64,000 bases of DNA, from contig UYFQ01000218.1 in the NCBI GenBank assembly GCA_900617105.1, positions 124,001 to 188,000 on the forward strand, given 5' to 3'. The notes beneath the pieces are model-generated. The model worked only from the letters and a program-made list of their open reading frames with translations, was not told where the DNA came from and did not search any database. The DNA comes from Hydrurus foetidus (taxonomy: Eukaryota). Numbering within the stretch: position 1 is the stretch's first letter; each line of letters begins with the position of its first letter. Positions 55,101 to 64,000 of this stretch are shown here, piece after piece. Both the position numbers and the translations under genes were made by a program.

Positions 55101-58100
55101 ACCACGGTGCCTCCACCGACATCCTTTAAAGAACGATGTTTAGAGGAGTGTGAGAATCTCCATTCAAAGAAGGGGATGGGAAGGAATGGAAGTGGGAGAT
55201 AGGATAGTGTAGGGGGGTGTACTTAAGGAGCGAGATGAGGCAAGATGAGCTATGGTAAGGTGAGGATTTATGTTAAGTTAGATTGAATTATACGCTAATA
55301 CCACAACGCTGCACAACGCAATATAATACAAGAGGGTACAAGACGGTGCATAAATACCGTGTAACCAAGAACACACTGCACTGTACTGCACTACACTACA
55401 TCGTACAAATACCACACCACACTGCACTACACTACACCACACTGCACTACAATACACTACACACATACCACACTCTACTCCCCACACACCTTTCCTCCTA
55501 GTTGGAGTCTGCGTATGGCGTTGTTTCCGCTGTCCGCTATGTAGAGCACCCCATCCACATCCACAGAAAGACCGAGCGGTCTGAGGGGAAATAAAGGAAG
55601 GGAATGGAAGGTATGGTGATCAGAATGGAGAACGAAAACTGAAGAGAACGACGGAGGGGAAGAAGGTGTGTGTGGTAGAATAGGGAAAAGGAGGGGTGAA
55701 TGAGTTGGCTGGGTGGATTGATGACAACTTCAACAAAGAAGAGAATAGATCACCGAAACTTTCCAGATCGTATCGCATCTTGGTATGATTGGCAAATACT
55801 CAACATCTTCACATCCAGCAAATAAGGAATGGAAAGTATCAAAAACTTAAATACAGCAAGCAGAAGGAAGTAAAAAAGAGTTTACTCAAAATCTTCCATT
55901 ACTAATTCTATTACAGTATTTAATAATTCGTGTAGACTGATTGCAATATAACACTTACTTATTGAGCAGCATTTTATCCGTAGTCGTTCCATCAGCTGCT
56001 GGGCCACTGATTCCGGAATTTGACCCAAAGACCCTTGTCACTGCACCGTTTGTGCCGGACACTTCTACTTCCAACACACGGTGGTTTCCTATATAATCAT
56101 GATGTACAGAGAAGAGTGAGATAGTGAAATGAATAGGTAATTATGTAAATGGATGAATGGATGGATGGATAGATAGATACACAGATGATTAGATAGATAG
56201 ATGAAAATGTATGTAGATATAGAAGATAAAACAGAGTGTAGACTTAATGTGAGATATTTGTCAACAACAAAGACATGCACTAGCGGGAGAGAAAAAACCG
56301 ATAAAAAAAACGGAGTAAATTCGTCATGGAAAAAATTAATCAATAAGAGATTTGGTAGTCAAGCAAATATAGAGTCGGAGTAAAACATGTAAAATAGGGT
56401 CAAATATCATCCAGTACGCTGAAAGTGACCACTTACGGTATCAAGTGTTGTAAAGATAAACAATTCAAAAAAAATGTTCTAATGAAGGGAAAGCAGCTCA
56501 TGGAAGAAGAATTCGCCAACAGTGAAAATATTTGAAAATCTCATTAGGCTTTTTCTCACCAGTATCAGATATGTACAGAAATCCGTTCTTGTTATTAACC
56601 GCCAATCTCATAGGTCTGCTTAACGGTTTTTCTTTCGAAGCAGCAATATACGGTAATAGAGGAGTATTCGTGAATACAGCATCAAAATTCCTTCCCCACA
56701 TTCCGATGGCTGCAGTGTTCTTTTCGGCATCGTCTTTCTCCTCTTCATTCTGTACAATTGATAACACAGCACTGAGTGCTTTGCCAACCATTCCGCTTAT
56801 GCTTCTTTGTGACTCCAGCGCAAATATTATTTTTCCTTTTCCCTCGTCTCCTCCTTTTTTTAAACAGATAAATAATGTTGGCCAATGTTTCATTGTCAAA
56901 TCACTAAACGATCCGAGTTTGGCGTCTAATAAAATGTTTTCCGGTTTTTCCGCAGGAATTAATATAGAATCGTAGACATTATTTCCGTATTTATTTTCAC
57001 CGCTATTTAATACGGATTCTGACGGAAATTTTGGCGCGAGAATGCTAATCACTGTGATAAATCCGGGAAATGCTTTTTTAAGATTGTTTAAGATTGCCAA
57101 TGCTCGTAATGAAACTGCATCTGTTGGTCTCCAGTACAGAATGGCGGTAACTTTGGACGATGTTGAGCTGTGAATGGTGAAGAAAGAGTGAAAGCGATGA
57201 GGTGATGATTGTCAACAAATGATTTGGCGAGGACGATGAGGTGTAAAGAATTGGCTGGAAGATAAGATAAGATAAGATAAGATAATATAAGATGAGATAA
57301 GGAAAAAAGATGGCAAGTGAATTTCGATTAATGAAGGAAGACAAGGTTACAGATGAGACGAGAAAATAAAATAGGATAAGACAGACATATATCATATTAG
57401 GCAAATGAGATCAAGTAAAGTTAAGTATGCGAGATAGTACAAAATAAGACTAGATAAGATGAGATAAGATAATGCAGACAAGAGCATGTCATCATAAGAT
57501 GGCAGGCAGGAATCTAAGCGTAGTCATACATCGTCAAACAGCAGAACAGAAAAAGAGTGACAGGACTTGCAATGCCCAGTGGAAACTATAGTTCAGAGTG
57601 GTGTTGGAGTTCATAATCAGGACAGTGATGATGGTATTGATGATACGAATGACAATAAAGATCGTGACAAGGTCATAGGTATATACAACAACAATAAAGC
57701 AGAAATAATCCGAAAATAAAATGTATCAAAAAATATCAAAAATTTTATTTGCTGCACAGTTAGGAAGTCTTCCCACTCCACCAACATGTAAGTACCTGGC
57801 GAATGCTTTCTCGAGTACGTTCGGGTCTCCAGCAAGGGAGGGGAGAGTGAACAGACTCTTCGGTATCTCCGGTAAAGCACTGTATCCTTCCGGTGTAAAT
57901 GCTCTGAGAAAAAAAGAGAGAAAGGGTGGCGGAGAAAATGGGAATAGTGAATGAACGCGGAGTGAAGAGGGTGAAGATAGGGAGGAATGGATGAAATGAC
58001 ATTTCGAGGTAATAACACATGATAGAGTGGGGAGGAATGCGTGATTAAGAAATATCAATAGAGGAAGTGAGCATTTTCCCCGGAGAAGAAAGTCGCAGTC

Positions 58101-60816
58101 ATAGGCGAAAAGAACTTCCCTTAAAAAAAACGCAAAAAAAATCCGTTGTATGATTTTTTCTCACTTTGTTGCTGATTTCACCATTTCCTCAAATGTGAAA
58201 TCTTTACGGATGTTTCTGGACGCAAAATATGCACCTCCATTCCCACTCTGTGCGGCAAAGGGCGAGGAGAAAGAAGAAAATTTGTTCAAATTACTGACTT
58301 TTTTCGCCAGAAAGACTGATGCGAATAGAGCAGCAAACGCAATTCCTAGAAGGGAAAATGAAAAAAAAAGCGTTTGAGAAGAGTCATGTGGATAGATAAA
58401 GCAAACAGCGACAACAAGAACAACAACAACAGCTCTTCCTTCGTTCCTCCTCTCAAGGTCCCTCCTTCTCCCACATCTAATCCATTTATTGACTTCAATT
58501 CCTCTCCTACCTCTTGGTCATTTCCACTGCTATCTGTGGTCAAATCCTTCTCTTTCTCTTATTTCCTCCTGAGTCCTCTCATTCATTGCCACTTATTTCT
58601 CTCTTTCTCAATTTCCACCACTCTCCTTTCTTTATTTTCCAGTGCATCATTTTTTCGTGCTCCCTTCTCCTATTCCTTCCTCCTCACTTTTACTTTTATT
58701 TTACGTACTTTTTCATTTCCTTACCATCCTTCAAAGCTCCATTTTACCACATATACTTAACTGTACCGTACTGTTTTCACGGTCAGTTAATTGTCGTGTA
58801 TAGGGGTGGTTCCAGATTAAACGTGGACCTGGAATAAATGAGGAGCCTTGATTTCCATGATGTCCATTACCTCTTACCTACTCGCCTCTCTTTCCTTTTC
58901 CCTCCATCATTTCCCCTTATTTTATTACCTGTTGTGGACACTTCGTTCCCTGTTATCGGCTTCACGGAGTAGTCCCAGTTTTCTCCCTTGGGCTCGTTTC
59001 CCCCAGAAACCGCTAGGGCCTTCGCTCTCATACTAAATAATTGCATGAATGAATAAATGAATGAATAAATGAATAAATAATTTTTTAATTAAATGGGTAC
59101 AGGAAAAGTATTTGGTGTAATAACACACTGCAAAGCCAAGCAGAGCAAAGTATCACAATATGATACAACACAACTCCACAAAAGAAACCAATGCAAAGGA
59201 AAAATAAATAAAACTCAACACATCACTATTAAACTAAGTAAAACAAAAAAACAAGCCATTATTACATCACTAACCCAGAAAGACTGTTTTCCTTTTTAAC
59301 TTCCGCGCTCAATTCCTCTCCAGTCAGAGCAACGTCAGCTCCAACAATGCTGAAGATTTTTAGATGGTAATAATATTATTTGGTGATGTTTCTCCAGTCA
59401 GAGCAACGTCAGCTCCGACAATGCTGAGTTTTTTTAGATGGTCATGATATTATTTGGTGATGGTTCGATTGATTAGGTATCACTGCACAAAGTACACTTC
59501 ATTAAATCATAGTATAACATGACATTGTTAAAGTACAGTCTGACGGAATTGCGACAAACTTACATAACAAAACAACAATAAAACAAAGTTCTATGGAAGT
59601 GCAGTTTAAAGTTATAACATACGAATGTTGCAATATCATACATAGTAAAGCAGTAACAAAATGAAATTCATTCCAATTTCAAGAGAAAATAACTTACGAA
59701 TCCAACGAAATTCAAACTTACCCATCACCTCCTAGTTTTTCGTCTAATGTTTGATTTTTCTTCAACGAGTAATAGGCTCGATAAACAGCAGCATCAGATG
59801 GTCCTTTTTCTTTCCCTGTTCGTAAGATTTACATTTTTATTAATTTGGGATTTTGTAGTGATGGAAATTAGTATTTGTTTCTCAAAAATGAGTCGTGAGT
59901 TTTGTGTTTATTTCGTATTAGAGACGTACTGAGAGTGTAGGAAGTATTTTTTAAACCATTGATACTCAATGATGTACGTAAAATTTGACTATACAGTATC
60001 TGAGAATTGCTACAGTATGATGGCATACATTGTAAACAGTTTCGTTCTTTTTTTTTTCTTTTTTTTTCATGATTTCAATACGCAGCTTTAATGACCGCTA
60101 GCAAGTGCAGGATTGTTCCAGACAAAATAGGAAGGAATATCATCAAAATACACACCTTTCTGCTTGCTCCAATAGGCTTCATATTCCTTGTCTGATTTCT
60201 TTTTTAATATTAATTTCTTTTTCAATTGAGCATCAAATAAATCTTTTTCTTTTTTTTCGTCCATATCTTTCGCTGCTTGAGCCATTAGGATTTCTGCAAT
60301 ATTTCCCTCCTCCTCTTCCTCTTCATCATCACCTTCTTCTTCTTTCTTTCCTCCCTGTAATTCAGGATGTAGAATACTCAGATACTAGATTCTAATTGGT
60401 TTCAAACTGGCACAGGTTTAAATCTTTTTCTATGCAGGAGCAGAAGAAAGCGGCATCACACAAACAAACAAATTGAAAGATTGCAAACTTGAACATTAAT
60501 CGAAAGGGCACTTTCAATAACTTCCATCTACTCAAGTCCAAGCAATGAGAATCTCTACCTCTCCATTACTGTTCTCGCTCATGCTCATTTTTAAAGAAGT
60601 CGATTTCAGCCTTAGCTGATTCACATTAGACTCGCCGGGGTAAAAGTCACATTTATTTGTCGAAGATGAAATTGGCAACGTGCGAGAGCCTAAGTTGAGA
60701 AGCTTATTAGAGCTGCAGTGCTGAAAGCTGTTGCACTTCAAAATGTTCAAACAGATGATTGAGAGTAGAAGTAAGATTTTCAACTTGACTTGGAAATCCC
60801 TCGAGCTCGACATCAT
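52132..60816 (-). CDS. Plastid-targeted thioredoxin-like + NHL beta-propeller protein (SOQ1/NHLRC2-related, no HAD domain)
   Basis: The 5' exons splice in frame from MMSSSRDFQVKLKILLLLSIICLNILKCNS-FQH (signal peptide, Phe, Ser-rich transit region). They continue through an acidic linker, a TM segment (IAFAALFASVFLA) and a Trx-like fold (ILYWRPTDAVS, ILAPKFPSE, HWPTLFI). NHL repeats include LSRPMRLAV..LYISDTG|NHRVLEV and LDSPQGVAY..IYIADTGNDRILKI. Confidence 0.8.
59317..59462. repeat. Two-copy tandem repeat, 74-bp period, intronic
   Basis: TCTCCAGTCAGAGCAACGTCAGCTCC(A/G)ACAATGCTGA...TATTATTTGGTGATG starts at 59317 and again at 59391. Confidence 0.85.
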
Positions 60817-61522
60817 CTTCAAGCAGCAACTCTTTCCAACAAGTGATTGAAAATATCAATTGAATTCTATGGGTATGCAGAAAGTTGACCCAAGACTAAG
60901 TGAGATACACCTCAACTAAAATCAACACTGCGGCTACGACACGCACAAAACTGCTGTTCTGTTTGACAATCGAGTTCTTTCGCGGTAGTGAGTGGCGAAC
61001 AGGACCTGACAAGCTCCACTGACTTGTCAAACACTTGATGCACGAAGTTCTCCAAGCAACGTAAGTGTTATCATTGTTGCAACACCTGCGTTGTCAGCAC
61101 AGAAGGAAACGTCACTTCCCAAAAATGTCCCGAATATAGCCCCTATTTTAGATCATTTTTCAGGTTTTAGGTTTTTCCAGCGTGAGCAGGGAAGGAATAC
61201 GAAACTTCACGGCCAAAAACTGTCATCAAGTGAAGGTTTTCATTATCAGTTAGGTCGGTCCCAGTGGAGTACAAAATACAAAATACAAAATTCCTGTTTT
61301 GTACCTCTTACTTGGATTCTCGATTGTAGTGAAGTACAAAAAACAAAAACAAAAAAAAGTGAATTTCCTGTTTTGTCAAGGTACAAAACAGGCCCCTTGT
61401 GACAAAATTCTTGAGTTTTTTTGTACCTCGATTGTACAGGTACATAATTAGGAAAAAAATATTTATATTACTAACAACTCATCCTAATCGACATCAATTC
61501 AACATCTGAAAGTTGATTTGAG

Positions 61523-63115
61523 ATGGAGAGGTTCACTAGTATCTTTGATGATGAAGGAATTATCGTATTTGATAAATGGGCTGCGTATAAAAGGAAACGA
61601 GATAGAAATGATGACGAGGAGGATGAAGAGGGTAAAGAAGAACAGAAACAAGTAGTTGTTAAAGAAAAAAGACCATATGCTGCAAGGAACTATCAAGGGT
61701 ATGATCCATTCCAAGCTGTGGAGTCGGAATGGTACCGAAGATATGTATCTGGAGTCGGTTGGTTCAAAAATAAATGTCAATACGCCCAGTTCAGGCGACG
61801 ATTCAGGATGCCCTACGCCGAGTTTCAAGGTCTAGTGGCACTGGCGAGAGAGCAAAAATGGTTTCCCACCTATGAACGACGGAATGCATGTAACCAACCT
61901 GGGATTCCATTGGATTTATTCATTCTGGGTGCTTTGCGCTATCTAGGAAGAGGGTGGACTTTTGACGATATCGCCGAGGCTACAGGGGTATCTGAGGAGT
62001 CACATCGCGTTTTCTTCAATTTGTTTGTCAAAGCTTGCAGGAACTTTCTATATCCCATGTGGGTGAAACGCCCAGAATCTGAAGATGAAGTCAAAGATCA
62101 TATGTCAGAGTTTAAGGCGGCGGCGTTCAATGGATGTATTGGATCTGCCGATGTTACTCACATTATAATGGAGAAGTGCTATGCGCGCTTAAAGAATCAG
62201 AATCTTGGGGGAAAGGAATCTCATACAACTCGTGCATATCAACTTGTTGTCAATCACCGCCGGCAGATACTTGCAACAACTGTTGGCTTCCCTGGACGAT
62301 GGAACGATACTACTATAGTCCGTTTTGATGACTTCATTACCGACATTCAGAGAGGAAATTATCTTGCTGACAATGTTTTCTCTCTGTATAATGAAAGGGG
62401 TGTAGAGAAGGACTATAAAGGTGCATGGATTCTTGTTGATGGAGGGTATCCATCGTGGACCTCACTGATATGCCCTTTCAAAGCGTCATCTTCCGTCAGA
62501 GAACAAAGGTGGTCAAGATGGGCCGAATCAATGCGCAAAGATGTTGAGTGCACCTTTGGTATAATGAAAGGTAAGAAATCAATTTCACTGTATTGCATAG
62601 CATATACTTATCATATACTCCATAATTTAAATTCAACTTTAGGACGATGGAGAATTCTTAAGACCGGTGTAAGGATGCATGGTTTGGAGGTGGTAGACGA
62701 TATTTGGTTCACTTGTTGTGCATTCCACAACATGTTACTGAATTGCGATGGACTGGATAGGAGATGGAATAAGGGGGTAATAAGTCCCTACCAGGGCGAA
62801 CTGGGATGGCATGCCCCAGGAGATACAGAAGCCTACTGTGATCCAATTATATTTCGAAGATTTCGTAGTGGCCGCCAGGGAAATAATCCACGTGCATTTG
62901 ACTGCTCCACTCTGGAAAGTGATGAGATTAATCGTATTAACAAGGATGTAGGTGTTGATGATAATGATGTTATCAATGAGGTTCAAGAAGCAAGAAGTTT
63001 ACAGACTCTCTCTAATTTTAAGTTTCGTAACATATTAGTAACTCACTTTAATAAATTATGGGAGTTAGGAAAATTAATTTGGCCTTCTAGAACTGGTAAA
63101 ATGGCTCTAGATTAA
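61523..63115 (+). CDS. PIF/Harbinger DDE transposase with one 72-nt intron (62571-62642)
   Basis: Motifs FRRRFRMP, LRYLGRG..FDDIAEATGVSEE (HTH), GCIGSADVTH, GRWND, VDGGY and RKDVECTFGIMK|GRWRIL. The GTAAGA...TTTAG intron splits the KGRW motif. Confidence 0.9.
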   Translation: MERFTSIFDDEGIIVFDKWAAYKRKRDRNDDEEDEEGKEEQKQVVVKEKRPYAARNYQGYDPFQAVESEWYRRYVSGVGWFKNKCQYAQFRRRFRMPYAEFQGLVALAREQKWFPTYERRNACNQPGIPLDLFILGALRYLGRGWTFDDIAEATGVSEESHRVFFNLFVKACRNFLYPMWVKRPESEDEVKDHMSEFKAAAFNGCIGSADVTHIIMEKCYARLKNQNLGGKESHTTRAYQLVVNHRRQILATTVGFPGRWNDTTIVRFDDFITDIQRGNYLADNVFSLYNERGVEKDYKGAWILVDGGYPSWTSLICPFKASSSVREQRWSRWAESMRKDVECTFGIMKGKKSISLYCIAYTYHILHNLNSTLGRWRILKTGVRMHGLEVVDDIWFTCCAFHNMLLNCDGLDRRWNKGVISPYQGELGWHAPGDTEAYCDPIIFRRFRSGRQGNNPRAFDCSTLESDEINRINKDVGVDDNDVINEVQEARSLQTLSNFKFRNILVTHFNKLWELGKLIWPSRTGKMALD

Positions 63116-63418
63116 TGTTTTTAACTCCTTGTATATCATGTATTGTATATACTCATACAAATTTTGTATCCGTTCGATTGTAGTGGAGTACAAAATAATT
63201 ATACAAAATTTTATAATTTATTTATCGTTAAAATCAATTCACATAATTATATTAGCATGTTTTAACTTATATTATCATACTTTCGAAACATATTTATTTT
63301 TCTATTTTTTGTATCCTCATTTTGGGACCTCTCGATTGTAGTGGAGTACATAATACCAAAACCAATTTTAAACAAGGCATGTTATAAATCAATTAAACAC
63401 TATCAATAGTTCTCTTCT

Positions 63419-63444
63419 TTACAGTCCTCTTGCCTTCCTTGTTG

Positions 63445-63494
<50 letters not shown>

Positions 63495-64000
63495 ACAATG
63501 GTAGCCTGATACATCTGAATAGAGGATTGATAGACTGGTTCTGGTATTGGTTCTCCATTAGATCCCAGAATAAACTCCAGTGTTTCAGCAGCCGTATGAG
63601 TAGAATCAGATCGTAGAATAGAATTTTCATGTTGTAGGCTCCTCTCGATTATGACACTCGTTACAACCGTGGATGGTGGTTGTAATGGAGGATGAACCTG
63701 TCCCACTGGATGGGAATTGCTGATAAGAGAATAATTCCTCTCAGTAGAGTCTTTCACAGTCTTCGATTTCTTCTTCTGTAGGGATGAGTTGGGGGCTACT
63801 GATTCCTCATCTAAACGAAATGCGGTGGTAGTGTCTTCATCCTGATGCACCGTATGTTTTGGTTTGGAAATGACGACAGGAGTATCGTAGTCTGCTTGAG
63901 TGTCCTCTTCTTCGAACGTGGACATTTCCATGGCCCATTTATTGGCAACTTGGAACCAGTATGCACATTGGGACTCGTTCATCCTACTCCCATGTTTTTC
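63419..64000 (-). CDS. Putative second (accessory) ORF of the PIF/Harbinger element, partial, ending in a CAG/CAA microsatellite
   Basis: Open frame of at least 187 aa convergent with the transposase, as in the two-gene PIF/Harbinger layout. No Myb/SANT domain is visible inside the window. Confidence 0.45.

Larger units (their letters stand above)
61253..64000 (+). mobile_element. PIF/Harbinger-type DNA transposon, right end outside the window
   Basis: Contains a DDE transposase and a convergent second ORF. The putative left end GGTCGGTCCCAGTGGAGTAC follows TTA (TWA target). Repeated GATTGTAGTGGAGTACA-like motifs occur within it. Confidence 0.75.

Noticed and set aside
63403..63630. PolyQ ORF
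   Set aside because: An alternative frame of the CAG microsatellite at the end of transposon ORF2. The true frame cannot be decided without cDNA.

Overview
Eukaryotic genomic DNA with GT-AG introns, most consistent with a plastid-bearing, silicifying, flagellated stramenopile. A chrysophyte-like ochrophyte is inferred from a SIT-family gene, BBS1 and a bipartite plastid presequence. Gene order: a partial SUGP1-like SURP/G-patch gene; a giant (~2,950 aa) spliced gene joining an AIG1/Toc34-like P-loop GTPase, a long helical region and a SecA-type DEVD ATPase motor; BBS1; a silicon transporter with non-canonical motifs; a divergent ARL GTPase lacking the catalytic Gln; an arginase/agmatinase; a PH-START-EDR2_C protein; a tandem pair of fucosyltransferase-like genes, one intact and one pseudogene carrying an intronic tRNA-Ile and two MITEs; a candidate structured RNA; a plastid-targeted SOQ1/NHLRC2-like protein with a Cys-less thioredoxin fold; and the left part of a PIF/Harbinger transposon. 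The best candidate for an undescribed system is the GTPase-SecA fusion. All exon models were assembled by eye and no database searches were run.
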